Source: Nitrospirota bacterium
GTDB taxonomy: Bacteria > Nitrospirota > JACRHJ01
Reading direction: 5' to 3'
Length of the DNA: 64,000 nucleotides
Assembly (NCBI GenBank): GCA_021789495.1
Contig: JAJYJM010000001.1
Location: 4,018-68,017 of the forward strand
Positions 34,647-43,534 of this stretch are shown piece by piece. Every line of letters begins with the position of its first letter. Within the stretch, counting starts at the first letter, position 1. The position numbers were made by a program, and so were the translations under genes. The notes under the pieces were generated by a model that saw only the letters and a list, made by a program, of their open reading frames with translations, ran no database searches and was not told the DNA's origin.

Positions 34647-35297
34647 ATGAGACTTAAAACTATCGCGGCTTTCGTGGTATTCTCCGTCTTTATCGCTTCC
34701 CAGGCGTTTTGCGCCGGGACGGGCGGACAGATCTCTTCCAATTCCGGCTTCCTGCTTCAGGGCTCGGTATACAAGCAAAGCGGCGCGATAAGGAACGGAA
34801 TCATCGTCATCCACACAAGCTGGAAGCTTCCGGCCATCGCGCCCACGTACAGGTACGATTTCGATATCCTTCGCGGCAATACGGAAGGCAGCCTTTACAG
34901 CTTCATGCTCTCCGACGTCTCCCGGATGGAGTTCCTGCCCGTCGAAGGCGACAGACAGCCGGTGAACATACTGCTCAGAAACGGCGCGATGCAGAAAGTG
35001 ATACTGTCGTCTGAGAGCGAAGGCATTTTCGGCAACATGAACCTGCAAGTGAAAGAAGTGGACGTCTTTACGCGCTACGGAGAGAATATAATCTCCGGCG
35101 GAGACGTCCAGAAGATAGTATTCACCGCCCCGCCAGATATGCAGAACCAGTCCCTTGGCGACGTGATAAACCTGCTCGGCAAGACGCTCCATGCAGGCGC
35201 GAAGGACGGGCTGGCGGATAAAAAATTTATGACCGTGCTGGAAAAATTATATTCAAGGCTGAAGGTAAAGGCCGGAGAAATTAGCGGAAACAAGTGA
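34647..35297 (+). CDS. secreted hypothetical protein embedded in lol operon (possible LolA/LolB-like carrier)
   Basis: AAGGAGG Shine-Dalgarno. Cleavable signal peptide. GTGA overlap with the lolD start. No recognisable motifs. Confidence 0.4.
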   Translation: MRLKTIAAFVVFSVFIASQAFCAGTGGQISSNSGFLLQGSVYKQSGAIRNGIIVIHTSWKLPAIAPTYRYDFDILRGNTEGSLYSFMLSDVSRMEFLPVEGDRQPVNILLRNGAMQKVILSSESEGIFGNMNLQVKEVDVFTRYGENIISGGDVQKIVFTAPPDMQNQSLGDVINLLGKTLHAGAKDGLADKKFMTVLEKLYSRLKVKAGEISGNK

Positions 35298-35977
35298 GCG
35301 CTCCGTTCATCATATCCGTCCACGGCCTGCTGAAATCGTTCCGCATGGGAGACTCCGAGGTCTCGGTCCTGAAGGGCATCGACCTCGACATCCCGCATGG
35401 GGAAATGCTTTCCATTGTCGGCGCGTCGGGCGTCGGGAAAAGCACCCTTCTGCACGTAATCGGGGCGCTGGACAAACCCACGTCCGGCCAGGTCCTCTAC
35501 GACGACAGGGACATCTTCGGAATGCCTGACAGGGAGCTTGCCTCGTTCAGGAACAAAAATATCGGGTTCGTGTTCCAGTTCCATCACCTCCTGCCGGAGT
35601 TCTCCGCCCTTGAGAATGTCCTGATACCGTCCATGATAGGGGGTATCGACCCGAAAACGGCGAGGCTCCGCGCCGAGGCGCTGCTCGATGAAGTGGGGCT
35701 TTCCGGGCGGCTTATCCACCGGCCCGGCGAGCTTTCCGGCGGGGAACAGCAGAGGGTGGCAATCGCCAGAGCGCTGATGTCCGAGCCCAAGGTAATGCTC
35801 GCGGACGAACCTACCGGCAACCTCGATACGCATACCGCACAATCCGTGCACGAGCTTTTAAAGAAGCTGAACCGGGAAAAGGGCCTCACTTCCATAATTG
35901 TGACGCACAACGAGAAGCTTGCCGGGATGGCCGACAGGACGATACGCATGGTGGACGGCATCATATATCGCCCATAG
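35294..35977 (+). CDS. lolD: lipoprotein-releasing system ATP-binding protein
   Basis: Walker A GASGVGKST. LSGGEQQRVAIARAL signature. Confidence 0.9.
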   Translation: MSAPFIISVHGLLKSFRMGDSEVSVLKGIDLDIPHGEMLSIVGASGVGKSTLLHVIGALDKPTSGQVLYDDRDIFGMPDRELASFRNKNIGFVFQFHHLLPEFSALENVLIPSMIGGIDPKTARLRAEALLDEVGLSGRLIHRPGELSGGEQQRVAIARALMSEPKVMLADEPTGNLDTHTAQSVHELLKKLNREKGLTSIIVTHNEKLAGMADRTIRMVDGIIYRP

Positions 35978-36036
35978 GCGCTTTTGCGGTTATTTCCCCG
36001 TTTCTTGAATCTGACAGGACTTCTTTGGAAGAACTT

Positions 36037-36876
36037 CTACTTTTCCCGCTTGAGAATATTCGCTATTCTCTCAGCCGCGTCGCTGACATCGGCGGGCAAT
36101 CCAACGTCCAGCCCCTTTTCCTGAAGCTCCTTGAAAAGCTCCACGAGAATGGGGAAATCGAGCCTTGCGTGCTTATAGTAATCCGTCCGGGAGAAAAGAT
36201 CCGCCGGCGTATCCCGCACCATTATCCGGCCCCCCTCACCCAGGACGTAAACGGAGTCCGCCATCCGGCTTACGATGTTTATGTCGTGCGTAGACATAAG
36301 TATGGACATGCCCCACTTCTTGTTCAGCTTGTTGAGGAGCGCGGCCAGCTCTTTCCGGGACATAGGGTCGAGCCCCTCGAACGGCTCGTCGAGCACCAGG
36401 AGTTCCGGCTTCAGCACAAGCGCCCCCGCAAGCGCAACCTTCCTCTTCTCGCCGCCGCTTAAGTAATGGCATACTTTCTTGCGGATATTGTTTATTCCAA
36501 GCTCGCTTAGCGCCTCGTCCACAAGGTGTTCAACACCGTGCTTCGGATAGCCGTAATTCCTCGGCGCGAACGAGACGTCTTCCTCTACCGTCGGCGCGAT
36601 AATCTGGTCTTCCACGTTCTGGAGCACCACGCCGATCTTCTCTCTTATTTTATCAAAATCCTTCGAGGGGTCGTATCCGAATACCTTTATGTCCCCCTTG
36701 TCCGCCTTCAAAAGCCCCAGGATATGGAACAGAAGCGTAGTCTTTCCGCTGCCGTTCGGGCCGATTATAACTACCCTCTCCCCCCTCCGGACGACAAAAT
36801 CAAGCCCGCAGAGATAAACCTCCGTGGAGTCGGGATATATATGTCTTATACAGCTTATGCGGACGATTTCTTCCAA
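36037..36876 (-). CDS. cbiO: cobalt/ECF transporter ATP-binding protein (CbiO/EcfA)
   Basis: Walker A GPNGSGKTT and ABC signature LSGGEKRKVALAG. Confidence 0.85.
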   Translation of the reverse strand: MEEIVRISCIRHIYPDSTEVYLCGLDFVVRRGERVVIIGPNGSGKTTLLFHILGLLKADKGDIKVFGYDPSKDFDKIREKIGVVLQNVEDQIIAPTVEEDVSFAPRNYGYPKHGVEHLVDEALSELGINNIRKKVCHYLSGGEKRKVALAGALVLKPELLVLDEPFEGLDPMSRKELAALLNKLNKKWGMSILMSTHDINIVSRMADSVYVLGEGGRIMVRDTPADLFSRTDYYKHARLDFPILVELFKELQEKGLDVGLPADVSDAAERIANILKREK

Positions 36877-37658
36877 AACCTCAGGGCCTCCATCGACACA
36901 ACATAGATTGTAACAACAATTAAAATTATAATACCGCCCCCGGAAAAAGGGCCTTTCTTAAGGATTGCCATAATCAGGAAGGCCGCGGTAACCAAAAGAT
37001 ACGGCATGTCCCGAAGGCCCGGTCTTGAAATTTCCCTCCGGGCACAGAGCTTGCCGTTGTAGCCCCGTATGGACATTACGTCGTAGAGCCTCTGGCTCTT
37101 CTCGTATGCAAGTATGAAAAGCATCCCTATCCCCGCAGCCATGTTCGAGGCGTTGCTCACCATCCGCCTTGGTCTCAGCCCGCCGCGCAGCCTCAGGGCC
37201 GTCAGGAAATTGTTCATAAGCCCAAGCAGTATGAAGAACGAGCGGTATGTCATGAAAATCCCGTCCCTTATGACCTGCGGCATCCACCGGCCCGCGAGAT
37301 CCACGACCTCCGTAAACGGGGTTGTGGAAATGAGCAGTATCATCGCCGATGCGGCTGTAACGGCCTTCAGCATAATCGTCGCCGGCAATATCCAGCCGCC
37401 GGACGCGAGGCTCAGGGCGTAAAGTATCGTAAACGCCGCCGGCAGGAGCGATATTGCGATTACATATCTTACGGGAAGCATGGAGAGCCTCACTGTCATA
37501 AGCACGCTCAGGTACAGGCCCGCCAGCAGGCCCAGGTCCCACGTGATTATGACGGAGGCTATTACCATGGACGTGGCGATGACTTTTGAGACGGGCGAAG
37601 ACCTGTGTATGACGCTTTTCCCGGAAGCGGCCCAGTAATCTATCCGCGTGATGTCCAA
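36855..37658 (-). CDS. cbiQ: cobalt ECF transporter transmembrane component (CbiQ/EcfT)
   Basis: Five TM helices. Conserved RxxG region (AMILLISTTPFTEVVDLAGRW). Confidence 0.8.
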   Translation of the reverse strand: MDITRIDYWAASGKSVIHRSSPVSKVIATSMVIASVIITWDLGLLAGLYLSVLMTVRLSMLPVRYVIAISLLPAAFTILYALSLASGGWILPATIMLKAVTAASAMILLISTTPFTEVVDLAGRWMPQVIRDGIFMTYRSFFILLGLMNNFLTALRLRGGLRPRRMVSNASNMAAGIGMLFILAYEKSQRLYDVMSIRGYNGKLCARREISRPGLRDMPYLLVTAAFLIMAILKKGPFSGGGIIILIVVTIYVVSMEALRFWKKSSA

Positions 37659-37667
37659 GTGCCCGTC

Positions 37668-38366
37668 CTATGAGATTATTTCAGGCTTGACCCTGCTGAT
37701 GAACCTTACAGCCACCCCAGTAACCAGGGCCTCTATAACCCAGCCTATCGGGCCGAGACCGAGGGCTGCGACGGCGAAAAATTTGAAATTGAAACCGGTA
37801 TTTATCTTCAAAAGCCCGCCCAGCGCCTTTGCTGGATGCGTCTCTATAATATCCCGTATCTCGCCGGACGACGGCAAGCTGAAGTTTATATTTGCGAGAT
37901 AGACTATGAGGAGCATGAGACATGTTGACATGAAGAGCGTAATGACCGTCGCGGCGGCGGCGGATTTGCCGGGTTTCGCCATTCTTCGGAAGACGGAAAA
38001 CAACCAATAGCCCATCACGCCCTCGAACCCTATGACAATCGTATTGAGGCCGACGGTCGTCACCCCGCCGTGCCCCACAAGCGATAGAATAAAGTTTACT
38101 ATGAACGCGGCCACGATAGCCAGCCACGGGCCGACTATGATGCCGGTTATGACGGACAGGTTCACGTGATAGGCTATCGGAGCCATTTCAAGGCTCATCC
38201 CGACGAGCATCATCGCGGACATCATGCCGAGGAGCGGCACCTTCTTCTTCAAGTCAACCTTGCGCACCATGAAAAGCGACAGGGCGACGGCTATCGCGGC
38301 TATAACATACCCGGTAAGCCAGAACCATACCGGAAGGACACCGTCCGGAATATGCAGGTGGGACAT
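37668..38366 (-). CDS. cbiM: cobalt/nickel transport protein CbiM
   Basis: MSHLHIPDGVLP N-terminus (metal-binding MHxPxG-type). 232 aa, 6-7 TM helices. Confidence 0.85.
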   Translation of the reverse strand: MSHLHIPDGVLPVWFWLTGYVIAAIAVALSLFMVRKVDLKKKVPLLGMMSAMMLVGMSLEMAPIAYHVNLSVITGIIVGPWLAIVAAFIVNFILSLVGHGGVTTVGLNTIVIGFEGVMGYWLFSVFRRMAKPGKSAAAATVITLFMSTCLMLLIVYLANINFSLPSSGEIRDIIETHPAKALGGLLKINTGFNFKFFAVAALGLGPIGWVIEALVTGVAVRFISRVKPEIIS

Positions 38367-38737
38367 TACGACCTCCCTTTGAAGAAGTGAAACTCGGCGT
38401 CGAAAAGTATCGAGATTAACCAGCTGACGAGGCTGATTACGAGCGCGCCCCAGAAGGCCGGCCAGAAGCCCGTAACCTCAAACCCCGCCACTGCCCACGA
38501 GACGAGCTTCAGCATAAGGGCGTTTATCACAAGCGTAAAGAGCCCAAGCGTAAGGATATTGAGCGGCATGGTAAGTATTATAAGGACGGGCCTTATGAAT
38601 GCGTTGACAATCCCCAGGAGCGCGGCGGCGGTAACGCCCGACCGGAAGTTGAGGATATGGATGCCGTAGACCAGGTAGCCGGCTGCGAATACCGCGAGCG
38701 AGTTTATAAGCCATTTTATCAGCAGCCTGGGTATCAT
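38366..38737 (-). CDS. DUF360 / YvlD-like 4-TM membrane protein (phage holin 4 superfamily)
   Basis: Strong match to the YvlD pattern (GIVNAFIRPVLIILTMPLNILTLGLFTLVINALML). Confidence 0.8.
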   Translation of the reverse strand: MIPRLLIKWLINSLAVFAAGYLVYGIHILNFRSGVTAAALLGIVNAFIRPVLIILTMPLNILTLGLFTLVINALMLKLVSWAVAGFEVTGFWPAFWGALVISLVSWLISILFDAEFHFFKGRS

Positions 38738-38740
38738 TTT

Positions 38741-39214
38741 TTATTCGGCGGATTTCTTTTCCACCTTTGCCATCAGAAAATAGGAAAGAACCAGCACCAG
38801 CACTATCGCGGCGCTGACCCCAAGCTCCTCAAGAGAATAATAGTCTGCGTGCCCGTTAATGGACATCTGCGCCTCAAGCATCAATATCCGCCGCAGGCTC
38901 GAAATAATGCCTATCCCAAGGAAAGGCTTCAGAGAAAACTCCTGGCGCTTGAGATACCTGATGACCGTCCAGAAAAGCTCCATTATAATCAGGACGAACA
39001 GGATGTCGTTTATAATCAGGAGTATTGAGGATATGTTAACGGCGGCGAAATCCGTCGCCGTAAAAACAAGCATGAAAACGGCGGATAAAAGCAGCGCAAG
39101 CGCAACGAAAACGTGCACCACGTCGTCCGCGTAAATCAATATCTTCCGTATGGTGCAAATCAGCTTCGGGCTTCCACGCCCATTCTCGTTCTCCCTGGCC
39201 ATCCGCTCCTCCAT
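38741..39214 (-). CDS. PsiE-like (phosphate-starvation-inducible E family) membrane protein
   Basis: IMELFWTVIRYLKRQEFSLKPFLGIGIISSLRRIL resembles the PsiE core. Confidence 0.65.
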   Translation of the reverse strand: MEERMARENENGRGSPKLICTIRKILIYADDVVHVFVALALLLSAVFMLVFTATDFAAVNISSILLIINDILFVLIIMELFWTVIRYLKRQEFSLKPFLGIGIISSLRRILMLEAQMSINGHADYYSLEELGVSAAIVLVLVLSYFLMAKVEKKSAE

Positions 39215-39331
39215 GCGTAATGCTCCGGTAAACTATGAAATATACCACGAGGATATATTCCATGACAATAAAAATAATACCAGAGAGGCGCGCTTCCGGC
39301 AAGGGAACGGGTAAAATACCGGCATGTTTTC

Positions 39332-39360
39332 TTGACTAACGCCTTAAATTAAAATATCAT
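39332..39360 (+). promoter_or_regulatory. sigma70-type promoter upstream of queD
   Basis: -35 TTGACT, 17 nt spacer, -10 TATCAT. Confidence 0.45.
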
Positions 39361-39400
39361 TAGAAGATTACCCGCACTGAAAAATACCGAGGGACATGAA

Positions 39401-39769
39401 ATGTACGAACTTATGATAGAGACGAAATTCGCCGCCGCGCACCAGCTAAGGAATTACGGCGGCAGATGCGAGAGACTCCACGGCCACAACTGGAAGGTGG
39501 TGGTCTGCGCCGTAGCGGAAAACTTAAACGAGATAGGTCTGGCGATGGACTTCAAGGAACTCAAGGACAACACGAACGAACTGCTTTCCATAGTCGAACA
39601 TGCGTTTCTTAACGAGGTGTTCCCGTTCACGGAGATTAATCCATCCTCGGAAAACATCGCAAAATGGATATACGAGGGCCTGTCCAAGAAGATCAACACG
39701 GAGGGCGTCCAGGTATCCATGGTAACCGTCTGGGAATCCGACACCGCTTCCGCAAGCTACTATGAATGA
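39401..39769 (+). CDS. queD: 6-carboxy-5,6,7,8-tetrahydropterin synthase
   Basis: CERLHGHNWKV CxxxHGH motif. 122 aa. Confidence 0.9.
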   Translation: MYELMIETKFAAAHQLRNYGGRCERLHGHNWKVVVCAVAENLNEIGLAMDFKELKDNTNELLSIVEHAFLNEVFPFTEINPSSENIAKWIYEGLSKKINTEGVQVSMVTVWESDTASASYYE

Positions 39770-41126
39770 AACGGAAAAACACGAGGAAATCATCCTTGGC
39801 GCAGCGGATGACGCAGCCGAAGCGCTGCGTGAAAAAGGCGCGAGAAGCTTCGACGTATACGTCCGATGGAACTCCTCCATAAGCGCCGAGGCCAAGGATA
39901 AAAAACTTGACGCCTTCGAACAGGCGCAGTCCTGGGGCGCGGGCATCAGGACGCTCATGCCGGATGGGCGGCTCGGCTTCTCGTTTGCCGCCGGGTCGGT
40001 TGAAGCGGTGCGCGATGCGGTTATTATGGCCCTGGAGAGCGCGCGCAACTCTGAGCCTGACGGCTCAAACAACATTCCCGTCCCATCCGGCGAGGCGTTC
40101 CCGGATATATTGGAATACGACGAAGAGGTCGCAGAAACCTCCGCGGATTATGCGGTTGCCCGCGCAATAGAGATCGAAGAAGCGGCAATTTCTTACGACC
40201 GCAGGATTACGAAGGTGCGCAAGGCGTCGGTGTCGATAACCACAGCCCTCTGGACAATAATAAGCTCGGAGGGCCTCAAGGCCCTCTCGCGCGGCACATG
40301 GCTTTCCTGCGGCGTAATGGCCGTCGCGGAAGAAGACGGAGACTCTCAGATGGGCTACGGGTTCGACTATTCCCGCAGGCTCTCCGGATTGGACTACCAT
40401 GCAGCCGGGGCGGAGGCGGGAGAAAAGGCCGTAAGCCTGCTCAAGGCACGGAAGACCCCGACAGGAAAATTCCCCGTGATACTTGAGAACATAGTCGCCT
40501 CGGAATTCCTTGGGACGCTTGCATCGTCGTTTTCGGGCGAATCTCTCGTGAAGGGCCGGTCGCTCCTGGCCGGAAAAACGGGAGAGAAGATATTCTCCGA
40601 CGCCATAAGCATCATCGACGACGGGACGCTCCCCGGGGGCCTTTCCACCCGCCCGTTCGACGACGAGGGCGCCGCATCGCGCAGAAATATACTGGTGCAA
40701 GGCGGGGTTTTTAAGGGCTTCCTGCATAACGCCTACACGGCCAAAAGAACGGGCGGCGCCTCGACAGGGAGCGCCGTCAGGGGCGGTTTCCGCTCCGCGC
40801 CGGGAGTCGGCCCCGCAAACCTCTACATCGAAAAAGGGAATTTAAACAAAAACGATCTTATCAGCCGCATCGACAATGGTCTTCTTGTCCGCGAAGTCCT
40901 CGGCATGCACACGGCAAACCCCATATCCGGCGATTTTTCCGTCGGCATCGCGGGCCTCTGGATAGAAAACGGCAGGGTCGCCTATCCAGTGCGCGAAGGC
41001 GCTATTGCGGGGAACCTCATCTCGATTTTTTCCGGGATCGACACGGTAGGGAGCGACCTGCGCTTCGTCGGCAGGCTCGGCGCGCCGTCGCTCTTGCTTA
41101 AGCCCATCTCCGTCAGCGGGAGCTGA
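39762..41126 (+). CDS. TldD/PmbA family metalloprotease
   Basis: 454 aa with glycine-rich C-terminal blocks (GGVFKGFLHN, LGMHTANPISGDFSVG). Confidence 0.8.
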   Translation: MNETEKHEEIILGAADDAAEALREKGARSFDVYVRWNSSISAEAKDKKLDAFEQAQSWGAGIRTLMPDGRLGFSFAAGSVEAVRDAVIMALESARNSEPDGSNNIPVPSGEAFPDILEYDEEVAETSADYAVARAIEIEEAAISYDRRITKVRKASVSITTALWTIISSEGLKALSRGTWLSCGVMAVAEEDGDSQMGYGFDYSRRLSGLDYHAAGAEAGEKAVSLLKARKTPTGKFPVILENIVASEFLGTLASSFSGESLVKGRSLLAGKTGEKIFSDAISIIDDGTLPGGLSTRPFDDEGAASRRNILVQGGVFKGFLHNAYTAKRTGGASTGSAVRGGFRSAPGVGPANLYIEKGNLNKNDLISRIDNGLLVREVLGMHTANPISGDFSVGIAGLWIENGRVAYPVREGAIAGNLISIFSGIDTVGSDLRFVGRLGAPSLLLKPISVSGS

Positions 41127-42384
41127 GATTATCATACATCCCGTCATCCGAACAAACCACCTGCGCCTTGCCGCCCTTGAACGCCGCCCAGACGCGCTCC
41201 CGGCGGAAATAAAGCGTAATTATCGAGCCGAACATAACAATGCAGGAGGCGGCAAGGGCCAGGAGGGCGCTCGGGTCGCGGTTGATGTCGAAGACGCTGT
41301 AGGAGAGCATGTCGAGGTCGGTGAACTTTACGTCCACGTCGGGGTTGTGAAAGGTATCATTCTGCGGCATCTTGAGGAATATCCAGCCGGAGGACTCCGG
41401 TTTTCCGTTCTTTAGTAAGGTTATCATTGCCGCCGGGTTCGCAAATTCGTCCGACTGTGAATATGGCGCGCCGTTTTCGTCAACGGCAAAGTCGCTTATG
41501 AAACCGTCCACCCGAACCCTGTAGGGCGTGTCGGGAATCTCTGCATAACCCGCAGTTTTCGGTATTTTCAGGTATCCGCCGGTCTTGTTGGATTTTACGG
41601 ACGCCCTGATAACGATGCCGTTTAGATCCTGCCCGAAATCGCGCTGATATATCGCCGCGCCGCGCACGAACATCGGCCTGTTCGCGCCCGCGAATGCCTG
41701 TTTTATCACGCTGCCGTCGCCCTTCAATGCGGTAAGTTTGCTCCCGTAGTCCTTCAGGCTCCCGTCCCGCCTGAAGTCCACCCGCACCTTGTCCAGCCGG
41801 AGGTAATAATCGCCCTCCGGGGCCTTGATTGTCCGGCCTTCGTTTATCCTGACACCGCCGTGCCTGTAGCCGGACACGGCGCTTATGAGGTGCGCCACGA
41901 GCACAAAAACGACACCGATGTGCACGACATACGGAATAAACGGAAGCCACCGGTTCTTCTCGGCGAAGAGCAGGTTGTCCTGAGCGAACACCCTGTATCC
42001 GCTCCTTGCAAGTTTCGCCGAAAGCTCCGCCTCCGGGATTTCGAGCAGGACGCCTTTTTCTCCTCCGGCCTCAACCTCGCGCAGGTTCGAGAGCGGGTCC
42101 CTGTATTTTTTTACGACCTTCGGCAGGCGATCAATCGTGCAGACGGACGTGTTTATGCCGAAGAGCAGGACGAGGAATATCAGGAGGAATAGCCACCAGG
42201 ACAGGGAGAGATGGCCGATGCCCGTCGTGAACAGAAAGGGGAAGAATATATTCATATCCATGTCCCCGAAGATTTGGGGATGGAAGTAAATCACGAACGA
42301 GCCGTACATGGCGACCGCCGTTATCGCCAGGACGAGGTATACGGTGAGCTTAAGCGAGTTGAAGAAATCCCAGAGTCGTCTCAC
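41113..42384 (-). CDS. resB: cytochrome c biogenesis protein ResB/Ccs1 (system II)
   Basis: N-terminal TM region (FNSLKLTVYLVLAITAVAM), large periplasmic domain, C-terminal TM. Confidence 0.85.
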   Translation of the reverse strand: MRRLWDFFNSLKLTVYLVLAITAVAMYGSFVIYFHPQIFGDMDMNIFFPFLFTTGIGHLSLSWWLFLLIFLVLLFGINTSVCTIDRLPKVVKKYRDPLSNLREVEAGGEKGVLLEIPEAELSAKLARSGYRVFAQDNLLFAEKNRWLPFIPYVVHIGVVFVLVAHLISAVSGYRHGGVRINEGRTIKAPEGDYYLRLDKVRVDFRRDGSLKDYGSKLTALKGDGSVIKQAFAGANRPMFVRGAAIYQRDFGQDLNGIVIRASVKSNKTGGYLKIPKTAGYAEIPDTPYRVRVDGFISDFAVDENGAPYSQSDEFANPAAMITLLKNGKPESSGWIFLKMPQNDTFHNPDVDVKFTDLDMLSYSVFDINRDPSALLALAASCIVMFGSIITLYFRRERVWAAFKGGKAQVVCSDDGMYDNLSSR

Positions 42385-42397
42385 AATAAACGGCCCC

Positions 42398-43177
42398 TTA
42401 TAGTTGGTGCGTGTTCTTCATAAAAATGCCGACGCCTATATACGTGAACATGGTTATGGCGAAACCGAGTATCGAAAGCCAGGCGACCCCCCTGCCGCGG
42501 AGCCTCTTTACGTAATATGCGTGCAGGAACCCGGCATAGAATATCCAGATAAGAAACGACCACATCTCCTTCACCTTCCACAGCCACCACGTCCCCCAGG
42601 CGAGATACGCCCAGATGCCGCCCACGACCATCGAGATTGTGAACAGGACGTAGCCGTAATAGGCCGTGCGGAAGACAAGTTCCTCAAGCCGCCTTTCGGC
42701 CTCGGCCTTCGAGACGAGATACAGCGCCGCGCCCGCGAAAGACGCCCCGAAGAACCCGTATCCTACGAAGGCCGAACCAACGTGCGTCGTGAACATCCAT
42801 GTATCGAGCGCGGGATAAAGCGGCGTGATTTGGCTGGGCGATATGCTCACCATGAACATCACCAGCGCGGCCAGCGGCATGAGGAAATACCCGATACGGA
42901 ATTCCCTGTAGCGTATCCTGACGAACCAGTATACGAAGCCTATCGACCAGGCGAACGAGGCGAGGGACTCGTACCTGTTGGCCATAGGGGCATGGCCGGA
43001 TTCAATCGTCCTGACGGCGAGCGAGAGGGTTATGGCCGCAAAATATAAAAGCGTCAGCGCCTCGGCGGCAATGAGCACGGGCTTTTTTGAAACCGCCGGC
43101 CTGAGCAGGAACACTGCTCCCGCGCCTATGGAAAGCCAGAGAGCGGCCACGCGCGCAACCGACTCGATGTTATGCAA
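42398..43177 (-). CDS. ccsA: cytochrome c biogenesis protein CcsA/ResC (heme exporter)
   Basis: Trp-rich WAYLAWGTWWLW motif and flanking His residues. Confidence 0.85.
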   Translation of the reverse strand: MHNIESVARVAALWLSIGAGAVFLLRPAVSKKPVLIAAEALTLLYFAAITLSLAVRTIESGHAPMANRYESLASFAWSIGFVYWFVRIRYREFRIGYFLMPLAALVMFMVSISPSQITPLYPALDTWMFTTHVGSAFVGYGFFGASFAGAALYLVSKAEAERRLEELVFRTAYYGYVLFTISMVVGGIWAYLAWGTWWLWKVKEMWSFLIWIFYAGFLHAYYVKRLRGRGVAWLSILGFAITMFTYIGVGIFMKNTHQL

Positions 43178-43179
43178 TT

Positions 43180-43440
43180 TTACGGGTGCCTTTCAGGCGC
43201 GGGCTGCTGGGGAATGAACGAATAATTCTCCAGTTCGTCCTCGTATTTCCTGCGCCAGACGGAGTGCTCTTTGAGCCAGATGGAATAGTCCTTCATATTG
43301 GCTATGCCGTGCGCCTTCATAAAACCCGTTTCGGTAATATCTATTTTCGCCGGGCATGTCTTCGGGGTATCTCCCCAGGAAGAGTGCATGAAAAGGCCAA
43401 GTGAGAGGATGATAACGGTGAATTTCAGGAAATTTTTCAT
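43180..43440 (-). CDS. small secreted hypothetical protein
   Basis: Signal peptide. 86 aa. No motifs. Confidence 0.35.
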   Translation of the reverse strand: MKNFLKFTVIILSLGLFMHSSWGDTPKTCPAKIDITETGFMKAHGIANMKDYSIWLKEHSVWRRKYEDELENYSFIPQQPAPERHP

Positions 43441-43534
43441 AACTTCCTCAGTCTTATGGATTTACCGGAATGACAGGCTTTCTTGTATTGGAATATTAAT
43501 ACAGGCCGGTAAATTATTCAAGAGGAATTACGGA

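Noticed and set aside
38366-38737. 123 aa membrane ORF downstream of cbiM considered as CbiN
   Set aside because: It has four TM helices and a strong match to the YvlD/DUF360 pattern, whereas CbiN is ~100 aa with two terminal TM helices.
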